Below, one piece after another: positions 13,655 to 28,100 of a DNA stretch of 64,000 bases. Both the position numbers and the translations under genes were made by a program. How positions within the stretch are numbered: position 1 is the first letter of the stretch; each line of letters starts with the position of its first letter. The notes beneath the pieces were generated by a model. The model was not told the origin of the DNA. It was given only the letters and a program-made list of their open reading frames with translations, and did not search any database. Source of the stretch: Octopus vulgaris (taxonomy: Eukaryota); the NCBI GenBank assembly GCA_951406725.2, contig OX597820.1:97588001-97652000 (forward strand), read 5' to 3'.

Positions 13655-14400
13655 GGCTAATAATGTCGTAAATCCAAACCAACATGGATTTCGTTGTGAC
13701 CATGACTGTTTAACATAGCTTCTGCAGCCTTTGACGATCGATATTGTTAATGTTTTGGAAAGGGCTCAAACACTGATGCATTATACCTGAATGCCAGCGA
13801 AACTGTACGAGCTTCGTTAGCTTTGACCAGAAAGAGAATTACGGCTCTGCCTTGTTTCCTGGCAAGCTGAGTACAACATGTAAGTTGACAGATCCATTGG
13901 ATTTCGACAAAATGCCATTAGTGGTGTCTCCTAAAGCACTCTGTTGGGCCCCTTATTGTTTATAATTTGCATAAATGACACCATAAATGTTTTCAGATTC
14001 AGCGAATTAAAATTTTCAGAGACGTCTCTTAACTTTAGGAAGTTACCAGTGGAGTAGGTAATCGGATAAAACTCCTATTTGACACGTATGCCATAACTTA
14101 AGGAGACCCCACCACCACAAAAAAAAAAAGAAAAGAAAATGAAAAAATATGCTATGTGTTAGATGAGGAAAAAGTTGAACTCATCCACTTCGTAAAAGAG
14201 GATGTGCTTAAACAGCGATATTCTCTTCCCTCGGGAGAAACTCTAAGGACGTTTAACAATACCAGAGACTAAGAACTAATTGTTGACAATATTAACTGGA
14301 GAGCCTACTTTAAGACTGTGGTCTGCATTTTGAGGCCTGGGACAGTCAGAGATTTACGGTTCAGAGAATCATATGTTATCATCGACAGGTTTTGTACACT
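13655..14400 (+). mobile_element. Highly decayed CR1/L2-like LINE RT fragment
   Basis: NPNQHGFR...CLT*LL and a degenerate SGVPQG..LGPLLFII.IND at 13920-13985. Confidence 0.7.
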
Positions 14401-14529
14401 CTCACTCAACTCTCAAAATATTTTGTGTCATATAATAACAATAATAATAAATAAATTGTACGATAGGAATGGATAATTGAGCTCACCTCAAAATTTTCAA
14501 AATTTATTCTCTTCAATGTCACTGGGATA

Positions 14530-14925
14530 TCAACATTATTTGTTCAATGTGGAAAATATATCATTAGCCCTGATCAAATGAAATGACCTGCAAGTTTAAA
14601 AATTAATAAAATCGAACTCACAGCAGCAAAAAATTTTTGTAGCGCAATATTTTAAAAGTTATTTATCTTTGCTCTATTCAACTCTATCTCAAAATAGATC
14701 AAAGAAGAGAAAGAACCCATAGTTTTCAAATGGTACTTGAATTCATGCGATCTTTAATCAAAGCCTTATATACTTTATAAACGTCAGCAAAAAGTGTAGC
14801 TTCTGTACTGTGGGGAAAAGTCTTCTGAAACACTACTGCAGCCTGGAGTTTATTTAAACGCTAAGTCAGAGACGTTCGATAAATGTAAGCATGTCGTTAA
14901 TTTCATATTACGTAACTGGTCAGAG
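14530..14925 (+). pseudogene. Decayed Penelope-like GIY-YIG endonuclease C-terminus
   Basis: ...FKW, then KKCSFCTVGK and (after a frameshift) LNAKSETFDKCKH..NFIL, matching the CxLC..EK / LN.RSE...CRH ending of Penelope ORFs. Confidence 0.6.
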
Positions 14926-15570
14926 CAATCCTAAACGAGAAATTGTTTTTCGATGTAGATACGAGCGATGATAGAAAGAATACGGTATTTTCGAACATGT
15001 GTTTTCGTTTTCTGTCCTTTTCTGTCCTTGCTTCTTGAGTTTCTTATGGAACTGAACTTTATGCAGTTGTTTTCTTCATTGGATTTCATTCTGTTCATCA
15101 AGACATATTTCTTCAGTAGGCCTTTTTTAAAATTCACTAAAAGTAAATATGTCTAATTATCAAGAGACACACTTCTTTTATTTATCTGTTACTTACCTTT
15201 GATCATAATTTGCGAATTTAGGGAAAGGAAAAATTTTCCCTGATTGCTTAGAATGCACCAAGTGAAAGTAAAAGGAATTTCCATTCTGTGTTCAAAATAC
15301 ATTTCTAAATTTACACCGTATAGCTGTTATGAAATCGATCTATGTATGGCATTCACGTTTTTTTAAAGTTGAAAATATAGTAACAATGGATCAACAAGAT
15401 TAGTTTCAGCATGCGCGCGCGTGTCTTATTACATACAGTTATATACTAATTATGCAATTAAATATGTCTCTAGTGAGTTCCACTATTCTGTGTTGGTATT
15501 AGACCTATTACAAATAACAGCCAAATCTGTTCGACCCATGCCGTACTCTTTTGAAGAATGGACGGCGGTG

Positions 15571-16024
<454 letters not shown>

Positions 16025-16947
16025 GTAGATTTACTCCACGACGACAATGTATACAAGGTTTTGTTGCGAATAAATAGATCTCTTTTGTTAGCATAGAGAA
16101 TCATTAAAAACGACGAGGTAAACCGCAAACGTCGTAATGAGTTGGCTGTTTATGAAAAACTAACTTGAACTGGCAATTACTATCGCTATTTTGCTTTCGT
16201 TTTCCTGCAGAGTGACAGTTGCTATAAAAATACTTTTATTTTGATAGAGGCGTGTCTGTTTGGCAAACAACTACAGTGTTTTACTAATTGTATAATTTTG
16301 ATGGTATATATTACTGATTTAGGCACAAAACCAACTGTTTTGAGAAGGAGTAAACCGATACTAACGTGGTACCTTATTTTATTGACCTCGGAGTGATGAG
16401 CCAAGTTGACTTCGGTGGAGCTTCAACACAGAATGTAAAGAACCGAAACAAATGCTGCAAGGTGATATTTTTCCGACTCTTTTTACGATTCAGCTACACC
16501 AGTGCCGCATTTATAATGTGCCTAACGAGCTCCATTACAATATACTGCGTGGTTTCTCAGCGTATTAAAAATAACAGCCAAATGTCCCTCAAATCAAACC
16601 TCACTCTTTTGTATATTGTAGTTCAAACAGGCACGATAGTCTTGGCTTGAACACCTTTGAATATAGTTTTGTAGCTCACGGCAACCTGGGTGTAAATAAC
16701 AACAGTAACAACAACTGGACAAATAGCGAGGTTGATTTAAAAGACTGTATTTTATCCTTGTATGTGTGTTTCTGTGCTACTGTCAGAAATCAATGTAATG
16801 TTTGATCTAACCTGATCCTCTTCTTAGCACAACCCCACCGTGACTCTCCTTTGTGATCAAGAGATCTACCTTATGGGTCATTTAACGAGTTTTCGATTGT
16901 TTTTTTTTTCTCAATTATTTAAAAATATCTTTCGTCAACATTCACAT

Positions 16948-17113
16948 GGTGTAGGAGTGGCTGTGTGGTGAGTAGCTTGTTTACCAAACACATGATTCCG
17001 GGCTCAGTCCCACTGCGTGGCACCTTGGGCAAAGTGTCTTCTACTATAGCCTCGGGTCAACCAAAGCCTTGTGAGTGGATTTGGTAGACGGAAACTGAAA
17101 GGAACCCGTCGTA

Positions 17114-17115
<2 letters not shown>
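16948..17115 (+). mobile_element. SINE family 1, 5' part running into (TA)n(TG)n
   Basis: GGTGTAGGAGTGGCTGTGTGG...GGAACCCGTCGTATA. Confidence 0.9.
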
Positions 17116-17204
<89 letters not shown>

Positions 17205-17281
17205 GCATATATATACAGACATACATTCACACTCCTGTATATGCAAACAAATATCGAGGTCTCTTACTTTTGGTGTTATAA

Positions 17282-17355
<74 letters not shown>

Positions 17356-17375
17356 ATATATATATACATGCATAG

Positions 17376-17407
<32 letters not shown>

Positions 17408-17408
<1 letters not shown>

Positions 17409-17559
17409 GTTGAAATTTATAGACAAACAAAAGACGAAGATAGGTGTATGAACAACAAGTAAGTGTATTAGTTTGACTCTCGCGAAAAATGAAAAAGTCT
17501 TTTACGTTTCAGGCCTACGCTCTTCAACAGAAAGGAATAAGAGAAAATAAGCAGAGAAA

Positions 17560-17562
<3 letters not shown>
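17408..17562 (-). mobile_element. Hammerhead-like pLTR repeat, family P1
   Basis: Minus strand CTTT-CTGTTGA-A-GAGCGTAGGCCT-GAAA-CGTA-AAAG (17499-17534); (TA)n on both sides. Confidence 0.7.
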
Positions 17563-17621
<59 letters not shown>

Positions 17622-17784
17622 TTGTGATTTCTTGAATGGTGAGACGATTTAGCGTCTATTTCTCAGCATATAGGCTAGGAAGATTTCTTTCCATGCCCTT
17701 ATAATTACATATATAATTTCAGCTTAATTGGTCCTTTTTTTATATACTGGACACCAATAAAATCTTTTAATATATATATATATA

Positions 17785-17844
<60 letters not shown>

Positions 17845-17857
17845 CACACACACACAC

Positions 17858-17918
<61 letters not shown>

Positions 17919-18746
17919 CCAAACGACAATATTCTGCACTTTTCTGGTGATTCATTTGCCTCCGAGAAATTTTTCCTTCGCAATGAATTCTTCGCTCGCT
18001 TTCGATTCTGAAGAACCCTATGCCAGTTTTACGACACTTTATTGTGTTTAATCGGTTCTAAGAAAAATAGTTTTTCGTGTCAGATTCGGCACACATATTT
18101 CGTGAAGACGCGCAGATTGAATGCAAAATTCCAGCGACCAGATAACGGTTAAAAAGCATTTTTACTTATCATTATTTCATAGTTGTGATATTACATATTC
18201 ATGACTTCGAAGCACACATGAAAAGAGCGGTGAGATCAATGTATAAAAAACTCCATCCAATATTTTTAAAGACTATATCTCAGTCATGGTAGTCTAGATA
18301 ACAACATTCCTTAACCAAAGGCATTTTTTTGCATTAAGACTGACCCCATACAACTGGCAAGGTGCTGGTGTTGGGGATGGTAGTGGTGGTGGCGGTGAAG
18401 ATATTTTACATTCCTTTTTGTTAGTCAGCTGATAGAAACTGTGAGATAGTCAATGCTAAAGAATATATTGATATATATGTCCTTCTCTGTTTTACTTTTA
18501 TTTCTATTTTATCTTTCTCACTTGTAAGAAAAAACCGATTATATTATAACTGTGATAATAACTAATTAGGCATGAGCAGAAGTAAAATTTTGCTAGGGAA
18601 CATATTAGGAGTGTCTTCAGGTGTCAGATCGACGATTGCCCTTCAGATGCCAAGGCTAGTAATGCTACAAACATCTGTAGAGCTCATACAGCAAATGTAC
18701 TATTAGGCTGCAATAAGACGCAGGTTGCACGCAGCATTCTAATACC

Positions 18747-18980
18747 TATTTCTTTACTACCCACAAGGGTCTAAACACAGAGAGGACAAACAAGGACAGA
18801 CAAACGGATTAAGTCGATTATATCGATCCCAGTGCGTAACTGGTACTTATTTAATCGACCCCGAAATTATGAAAGGCAAAGTCGACCTCGGCGGAATTTG
18901 AACTCAGAACGTGACGGCAGCCGAAATACCGCTAAGCATTACGCCCGGTGTGCTAACGTTTCTGCCAGATCGCCCCAGAT
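18747..18980 (-). mobile_element. SINE family 2, tail A, 17-bp TSD
   Basis: TSD CGCAGCATTCTA[A/G]TACC at 18730-18746 and 18981-18997. Confidence 0.92.
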
Positions 18981-19209
18981 CGCAGCATTCTAGTACCGTA
19001 GCAATGTGAACAGTGACGATTAATCTGTACTATGAAGTTGTGTAAATATTCTAAAATGGCATACTATCTTTTAGTTGTTTGTAACATTCTGCATAAATTT
19101 CACACCGTGTTGTCAGATGTTAGAAATGTCTCTTTTAAACCACACTCCTTTCGCGCAAGAACATAGTAACTCGAAAATCCACAATGATAAGCAATATTTG
19201 CAGTGAACT

Positions 19210-19385
19210 AGGCGGCGAGCTAGCAGAATCGCCGGTCAAAATGTTTAGTGGTATTTCGTCCGTCTATACGTTTTGAGTTCAAAATCCGCCGAGATTGACT
19301 TTACCTTTCATCATTTCGGGGTCGATAAAATAAGTACCAGAGTTGAGTACTGAGGTCGATGCAAATGACTGTTACCCTCCTCCGA
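19210..19385 (+). mobile_element. SINE family 2, older tail-B type
   Basis: AGGCGGCGAGCTAGCAGAATCG head and a diverged core. Confidence 0.8.
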
Positions 19386-19760
19386 GTTATTCAGTTCTTT
19401 TACACTGTTAATAGAGTTGTAAGTGAGTCTGAGTTTATTCCTATAAAATAGCTTTCTGTATTGGTTACTAATAGAATAAATGTCTATTTATTAAGGTTCG
19501 GAAGATTTTAACAGTGTTAGACTTAACATTTAGCAAGAAGGGGATGTGGGCAGTACAGTTAGTGATAAAGCAGGAGGAATTGAGGAATAAAAATGCGGTT
19601 ATAGCTGCAGCTTTAATGTGCCACCTGGTTGTGCTCTTTTGCAAGCTTTTAAAGCATGATCCGGTTTGAGAGTAACTTTCTCTGTTCCGCACTCTAGTAC
19701 TAAAGACACTGACAATAAACAAAAAACAAAGAACAAAACAAACAAACAAACTAGCAAACT

Positions 19761-20162
19761 AGGCACCGGAGTGGCTGTGTGGTAAGTAGCTTGTTTACCA
19801 ACCACATGGTTCCGGGTTCAGTCCCACTGCGTGGCACCTTGAGCAAGTGTCTTCTACTATAGCCTCGGGCCGACCAAAGCCTTGTGAGTGGATTTGGTAG
19901 ACGGAAACTGAAAGAAGCCCGTCGTATATATGTATATATATGTGTGTGTGTGTGTGTTTGTCCTCCTAGCATTGCTTGACAACTGATGCAGGTGTGTTTA
20001 TGTCCCTGTTTCTTAGCGGTTCGGCAAAAGAGACCGATAGAATAAGTACTGGGCTTACAAAAGAATAAGTCCCGGGGTCGAGTTGCTCGATTAAAAAAGG
20101 CGGTGCTCTAGCATGGCCGCAGTCAAATGACTGAAACAAGTAAAAGAGAGAGTGAGAGTAAA
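19761..20162 (+). mobile_element. SINE family 1, full length, 8-bp TSD
   Basis: Near-consensus copy; AGCAAACT on both flanks. Confidence 0.93.
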
Positions 20163-20421
20163 GAGCAAACTGATTGTTAACATTCTCATTCTCTCCCTAA
20201 CTAAGCGGCAAAAAGAAGCATCAGAACAGATGAAGCATATATCTAGATGCTGGCAAGAAAATTTGAATTTCTGACAGCTACTTTACAATGTCGTTGGTGC
20301 TTTGCAACAGACAGCTGACATACTTGCTAGTCTGTTTCTGGTAATTTTTCTTCTTATTGCCCTCGTGACTTACAAAGAAAACATTATTGTTTTCATAATA
20401 TAGGAACTCTCAATAATAAAC

Positions 20422-20442
20422 AACTAGTTACTAGTACTACTA

Positions 20443-20501
<59 letters not shown>

Positions 20502-20646
20502 CACCACCACCACCACCACCACTACTACTACCACCACCACCACCATACTACTACTACTACTACTACTACTACTACCCACCACCACCACCACCACCACCAC
20601 TACCACCACCACCACCTCCACCACCACCACCACCACCACCACCACC

Positions 20647-20689
<43 letters not shown>

Positions 20690-20800
20690 ATAATAATAAT
20701 AATAATAATAATAACAATAATAATAATAAACAATCCTAATGATAATAATAATAATAATAATAACAATTTTTATCATCATCATCATCATCGTCATCATTGT
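20422..20800. repeat. Compound trinucleotide array (ACT/ACC/AAT/ATC)
   Basis: Seen directly. Confidence 0.95.
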
Positions 20801-21069
20801 TATTGAGCTTCAATTTAGATCGGAGCCTTTATATCTCATTACTCCAAAATTTCACATCATGTTTTTTTGTTTTTGTTTTTGTTTTCATGCTCTTCTGGGA
20901 TCGCTATAATAAGAACAAATAAGAAAATGGAGTCAAATGGTTCGAATATCTTCCCAACAGTAAGAAAATAAGGATTTCAGAAAATGAATATATTAATAAC
21001 AGCAGAAGGAAACAACACAATCCATATTATCTTTTTCATATGCAAAATAAAAATAAAAAGTTGCCAACG

Positions 21070-21370
21070 TCAACATCATCATCAACAACAACAATAGCAA
21101 GGATGAACCTATGACGACGACGACTACAACAACAATAAAAACTACAACAACAAATGCAACAGCGAAAGCAACGCTAGCAACATCACCAACAATGACAACA
21201 ACATCACCACAACCACCACCACCACCACCACCACCACAACAACAACAACAACAACAGCAGCAACAGTAGCAGCAGCAGCAACAGAAACTACAAACAACGT
21301 CTTGCAAAATGTTTTCTGCAAGAATTGCATATATTTGGAATTGCACGACTCAGCTGTTGATGGTACAATG

Positions 21371-21410
<40 letters not shown>

Positions 21411-21560
21411 AGAAGAAGAAGAAGAAGAAGAAGACGAAGAAGAAGAAGACGAAGAAGAAGAAGAAGAAGAAGAAGAAGAAGAAGAAGAAGAAGAAGAAGA
21501 AGAAGAAGAAGAAGAAGAAGAAGAAGAAGAAGAAGAAGAAGAAGGAGAAGGAGAAGAAGA
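21070..21560. repeat. Compound trinucleotide region (AAC/ACC/AGC/AAT/AAG)
   Basis: Seen directly. Confidence 0.9.
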
Positions 21561-21561
21561 A

Positions 21562-21953
21562 TTGTTTCAAATTATTCCACCAGAGCAGCCATTTTGGGGA
21601 AAGGGAATGAATCGATTGCATCGACCGCAGTGTTTCACTGGTACTTAATTTATCGATCTCGAAAGAATAAAAAGCAAACTCAACCTCGGCGGAATTTGAA
21701 CTTAGAACGTAAAGACGGGCGAAATACCTATTTCTTTACTACCCACAAGGGGCTAAACACAGAGGAGACAAACAAGGACTGACAGACGGACTAAGCCGAT
21801 TATATCGACCCCAGTGCGTAACTGGTACTTAATTTATCGACCCCGAAAGGATGAAAGGCAAAGTCGACCTCGGCGGAATTTGAACTCAGAACGTAACGGC
21901 AGACGAAATACCGCCAAGCATTTCGTCTAGCGTGTTAGCTCTTCTGCCAGCCC
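21562..21953 (-). mobile_element. SINE family 2 composite: one tail-A unit nested in an old tail-B copy
   Basis: Junction GAAATACC|TATTTCTTTACT at 21728/21729; the outer parts are diverged while the inner unit is near consensus. Confidence 0.85.
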
Positions 21954-21956
21954 TTG

Positions 21957-22058
<102 letters not shown>

Positions 22059-22499
22059 TTTTATCAAGATCTCATAAGATCGTAGTTTAAACTCTACCAG
22101 GACAAAGGTCTCATTTTTACATGACATATACATCAATATAATTAATACCAGTAATATTATAAGAACAAAGAATAAAGAGTGCTTCTGTGGAGCCCCGTTT
22201 AAACAGCTGCATAATTTCAGTTTCGGTTTATTACTGCACTCCGTCGTAATTTATTTTCGTAAGAAAGGTATTATCAGCCTATTGTTTCGTCCTTTATAAA
22301 TCCAGGTCTTTGTGTTTTTGTTTTCCGAAACGAAATTATTATAAACTAAAATAAATGTGAGCATCCCAGCGAGAAATCTGCTGTTAATAATGGATTTTAA
22401 CATTTCCTCTTGTGACTCTGTCATTGAAAACACTGGAATAAACGTCACACAACGACTTACACACACGCACGCACACACAGACACACAGACACAGACACA

Positions 22500-22574
<75 letters not shown>

Positions 22575-22575
<1 letters not shown>

Positions 22576-22700
22576 GTTCAAATGTAAAAAAAGACAAAAG
22601 ACGAAAGTGTATTAGTTTGACGCGCTCGGAAGAAGTGGAAATGTCTTTCATATTTCGAGCCTACACTCTTCGACAGAAAGGGATGAAAGGGAAATAATAG
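22575..22700 (-). mobile_element. Hammerhead-like pLTR repeat, family P1
   Basis: Minus strand CTTT-CTGTCGA-A-GAGT-GTAG-GCTC-GAAA-TATG-AAAG (22645-22680). Confidence 0.65.
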
Positions 22701-23379
22701 AGAGAGATAGAGAGATAGAGATAGATAGATAGAAAGATAGATAGATATATAGAGAGAAAGTGAGAGAAGAGAGAGAAAGAGAGAGAAGAGAGAGAGAAAA
22801 CGGAGAGAGAAAAAACGTACCAATTTGGGTATAAACTTTGTCTAAAGCTCGTCTACAGGTGATCAACTAACAAATGTTATCTTCGACCATATTGCTGGAT
22901 ATACACCTGGAAGTTCATTATATCCGTTGAGTATATATATATATATATATGAATAATAGAAAGCAGATTGGGTAACAATTTTTATTGCATAACATCGAGC
23001 CAACGACCGAGCTCTTTATGCAATCGAACATACCTATCCAGAAATGCAGCCAAATTTCCCTCAAACAACACTGTACTACTTCAAATAAGGACATATAAAA
23101 CATTCTAGTCCTCCATATACAATGTAGTCCTTGATCTGGATGGGGCGGGATTGGATTAAACAACAACTGCCTAAAAATACTTCTTTAAAACATTAAGAAG
23201 CAACGGCTGTTTTCCAGTTCAGAAACAGCAATAATGTAAAAACCGGCGTGCAAACAAAGCTACATTATTACTATGAATATAACGACTTACACTTATTGAT
23301 TGATAAGATTTCAGTTCTATGAGATAAAGGAATACATGTTAATTATTGTTGCAGTTGTAATTGTGTACCCCCAGCTCAA

Positions 23380-23960
23380 TGTCAATCAAGCGATCATTAA
23401 AGGTGTTCCAACCAACCGCGACAATCCCGTTTTTTTTTTCCATAATTCAAACAGTATCTAGGATGACATCATTCAATAGGTTTTTCTTCTCTAAAACTGT
23501 CGGGGAGTGATTTGAGGGTAGATTTAGTCGCTATTTCTAACAGGTAGTGTGGTCGCCTTGAAGTTCTCTTACTGGCTTGTCAATTTTTATTTCTTTATTG
23601 CCGACAAGGGGCTAAACATAGAGGGAACAAACAAAGGAAAGGCAAAGGGATTAAGTAGATTAGATCGACCCCAATGCGTAACTGGTACTTAATTTATCGA
23701 CCCCGAAAGGATGAAAGGCAAAGTCGACCTCGGCGGAATTGGAACTTGCTACTTTGTTCTTGTTTAGCTCCAGTTCTTCCCCGAAACAAGCAGGTTTAGA
23801 TCAAAATCCTTATAAAATAGCGACGCTTGTTTTCATCCATGTGAACTACATTATTCAATGTTCTTTTCTTAATTTAAGATGGTTGACTGTAATTTTGAAG
23901 GAGATTTAGCTGCTACTTGTAGCAGGTCGAGTGACCACTTAAAGACTTCCTCGTTTTGTT
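23380..23960 (+). repeat. Old interspersed repeat, two tandem copies split by a truncated family 2 SINE (23588-23747, minus)
   Basis: Motif GTGATTTGAGGGAGATTTAGCTGCTATTTCTAGCAGG recurs at ~23505, 23890, 6385, 40050, 60820 (+) and ~2485, 5990, 15515, 16570, 23045 (-). Confidence 0.65.
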
Positions 23961-24758
23961 GTTAAGAGGAGTGAATCTTTTCACTCTACTTTATTCCTAC
24001 CAATCCAAAGACACGGCGATTATCCCCATTATTTCCGTGGTGCAAAATGGATGAGAGACGCATCTACTTCGCTGATATATTGCAAGAAACTCCTACAGTT
24101 GGAAGCGTTGAAATCTTAACTCCTTTAATTTCAAGTGAAGCATAGAGTGCTAACAACAGATCTCTATCCGCCTCGACCTTTGGCAACGGATTGCAGTTTG
24201 TCTCCAGGTGTAGCTGCCTGTCAATTCTTCAGTTTCTGTGGACTTTCTCACAGTTTGTTTTTGATCTGCTATACTTCGGCGGTTTCCCTTGGGTGTGCAT
24301 CGGAGGGAATTGCGTTGTAATATTGGAAATAGCTTTCCGTGGGATGTGTCCAAAACTACATAATCACACCACAATTGCAACAACTCCGATGTTGATGCTT
24401 ACACAAGATAATTAAACTAAATAAGTAAATGGTTCCTCTACCGGTTTCGACGATAATTACTCCAGTAGACTTAACAATTGAATTACCATCCCAATGAATT
24501 AAAGCAATGTTGTATGAATATTCGTTCTATCGATACGTGTATCCTTCTCATAGTCACCAGACAGAATCAATGATACAGTGTGCGACACAGGTGGACGTTT
24601 GACCATCGAATTACAGACTCAATCTATACCACTGGCACCCCGTTTTACCCGATTTTATTCCTTTATTCACAATCCTTCAGTCGATTGGAGGAAACTGGAG
24701 AAGATGCCCAAGATGCCGCGTGTGTGTGTGTGTATGTGCATACACACATACACATATG

Positions 24759-24792
<34 letters not shown>

Positions 24793-24905
24793 AAGGCGCA
24801 TGGCTTAGTGGTGAGGGTGTTGCACTCACGATTGCGAGATCGTGGTTTCGGTTCCCAGACCGATTGTTACGCTTAGTTCTTGAGTAAAACACTTTATATG
24901 ACATG
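24793..24905 (+). mobile_element. tRNA-like SINE head, truncated
   Basis: GGCGCATGGCTTAGTGGTGAGGG...GGTTTCGGTTCCC with A/B-box-like motifs. Confidence 0.7.
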
Positions 24906-24915
24906 TGGCACGGTG

Positions 24916-25013
<98 letters not shown>

Positions 25014-25549
25014 TATGTGTGTATGTGTGTGTATGTGTGCGTCTTGGGTACCGATCTCAAGAAATCAAACCACGACTGGTTTACTATTAAGGATATCAGT
25101 TCCGAAACGGGATTTCCATAATAACTCCCTTTGCTTGAATGACGTCAAAGAATGACCCCAATAGTTCACTTACGTCGATACTAGTGCAGAATGAAGAATC
25201 CGCCCCAGGGGTTGAGCCCGTCCCTTTTCAACACTCATGGGGGAAACCTGACCTCAGCACTGCAAGTTAATGAAACAGCCGTTTATATAAAGTCTTACAT
25301 CTTACAAGGGCTGAATCATAGTCATTCATGTAAAGGACCTGGTGTATATAAAGCCCTTTGAGAGTCAAATGTCTTGGCTTCGATGATATAGCACCAGTGC
25401 CCGTATACCAACGACTAATCTTCGGATTACCCCATCAAGTCACAATACTCCCTAATCGTCTGAAATAAGTTGAATTTTAAGAGAATATTCAGCAATTTAT
25501 TACATCTCGTTTATTCTCACTTTCAGCTGCTACTTTTATTTACCAATTC

Positions 25550-25616
<67 letters not shown>

Positions 25617-25754
25617 TCGTTCTTTCTGTCTTTCTTTCTTTCTTTTAAAGTAGTTCGTTATATTCTTTCAATATTTCTCTCGACATATTATCTCCATCTC
25701 GCCCTCCATTCACTATCTCACTTTCGAACCACATTTCTCTTTTGTTCAAATTTC

Positions 25755-25786
<32 letters not shown>

Positions 25787-25815
25787 TTTTTCTTTCTTTC
25801 TTTCTTTCTTTTTTT

Positions 25816-25861
<46 letters not shown>

Positions 25862-26011
25862 CTTCTTTCTTCCTTCCTTCCTTCCTTCCCTTCTTTGTTT
25901 CTTTGTTTCTTTGTTTCTTAGTTTCTTCCTTTCTTTCTTCCTTTCTTTCTTTCTTTCATTCTTTCTTTCTTTCTTCCTTCCTTCCTTCCTTTCTTTCTGT
26001 CTCTCTGTCTG

Positions 26012-26066
<55 letters not shown>

Positions 26067-26090
26067 GTCTCTCTGTCTTTCTTTCCTCCC
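25550..26090. repeat. (TTTC)n/(TTCC)n polypyrimidine array
   Basis: Seen directly. Confidence 0.95.
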
Positions 26091-27855
26091 CTCCATCATT
26101 CCCCTCCCTCAACGTTCACTACTAAACACCCAAGGGATTCAATGTTTGACGTCTAGCATCAGTAAAACTGCTTGGAAAACAAAACAACAAAATTAAGCAA
26201 ATAAAAAAATATAAACAAAAACAAAAAAAGCAAAATTAAGCAAATAAAAATACAAACAAACACAAAGAAAACCAAAAGGACCCCCCCATCCCACCACCAA
26301 AATAACAAAAGCTAAAATCAAAACAACCCTCCTTGCATTATCCGACCCCTCCTCACGAGGAAATATTTAGGGCGATCCCCACACATACACTACCTCATCA
26401 ATGTGTAAATGCTACAAGACTCCTCAATAACTAATGGTCCCAGATAAATTCTGGATTTACGCAACACTAGGAGTTTAAGTTTATCTAAGAAATAACGCCG
26501 AATTTAATTCAGTCGTCCATGAAGTATAGAGCTAGGTGCGTGTGCGTGCGAGTGTGTGCGTGTGTGTGTGTGTGTGTGCGTGTATGTGTGTGAGTGTATA
26601 TGTGTGCGATTGCGTATGTGTATACACATACTTATACATATGTTTACATGTCTGTGTAAATGTATTTATATAAAGACATGCATATATGTATATGTTTATA
26701 AGCATGCATGCATATATTCACACACATATATATATGCATAAATACACGCATACACACACGCAGACACACTGAGACATAGACGCACATGCACAGACACAGA
26801 CACAGACACACATACATACACACATATATAAATAAATATTGGCACACACACACACATATCTAAAGAGATAGATAAATACATAGATATGCCGAAGAATAAA
26901 GAAACCATAAAAAAGCAAAAATAATCACAAGATTATTAGTTTCACACTTACAGAAATGGAAAGAGTCAAACTATTATATTGTTTCGGACATTATCGTTTT
27001 CCAGAAAAGAGTGTAGTGTGTAAAAGAGGAGAAAAGAAAAAGACAAAAAAAAATCGCAGCTATAGTCCAGGTAAAAATGCCCACGGTGAGCTAGTCTAGA
27101 GTGTGGTAGTTGACTAGACTATATGTATAGACTATATGTATAGACTATATGTATAACACGGATATAACACACGAGAAATAAAAGAGGAATACAGAACTGT
27201 TAAATATTATTAAATCCGGTGATGACGAGTTTATTATTTACAACATTGTTAGTATGGAGCTTTGCTGTGGCCATCAAATCACAACAACAAAGCGCCGTTA
27301 ATCCTGATTTTATTTGGAAACTGAGGCCAAGGCCATGAAATGTTTATAAACTTAGAAACACACACAGACACAGACATATAGGCACATGTGTGTATTGTTG
27401 AGGTCATAAGAATCTCTAAACTGTTGAAAGATTGTGAAATCAATTTTTGAAGTGAAAAGAGGATCTCGAAGCACACAGAGCAATAAATAATAGCATGTCT
27501 CAGGAGATGTGGGTTTTTGTTCCACGGCAATCTTTGATTATTTTTTCTATTAAAAAAAAAAGGTTTTTCAATAAAACATTTACATGTTATTACCTATTCA
27601 GCAAAAGGAGAAAAAAAAAGCAAAAGCAAAAAAGAAAAACCAATGACTTTTAGTTATATATTCCCGTTACAATTCGAAATTCGGCCATCACATGGCTCCT
27701 TCATTTAATATGGGGAAATGTCAGTTGTTTCACCTTTATAGATGTAATAAATTATTACGAAAAGTGGCTTATAATCTAGGAGTCATGTTTTGTAATTTTC
27801 GACACTGGTTTCTATTGAGTACTATGTTTTGGCGTGATGTATTGTCATTGACTGG

Positions 27856-27977
<122 letters not shown>

Positions 27978-28054
27978 GCGTGCGTGTGTGTGTGTGTGTA
28001 CAAATTTCGTATCTTATCTAAATTAACTATTGCTTAACCAATTTTGTCATACCC

Positions 28055-28100
28055 TCTCCGATGAAGGCATATAATAAATATCCTGGAAACAGCTGTAAGA
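28055..28100 (+). ncRNA. Variant minimal hammerhead motif (U4C) in a ~170-bp insert between microsatellites
   Basis: TCT-CCGATGA-AGG...CCT-G-GAAA-CAGCTG-TA-AGA with palindromic ACAGCTGT stem III. Confidence 0.55.

Noticed and set aside
19468-19749. Possible exon (ECGTEKVTLKPDHALKACKRAQ, minus strand)
   Set aside because: It has no recognisable domain, only weak splice signals and no partner exons.
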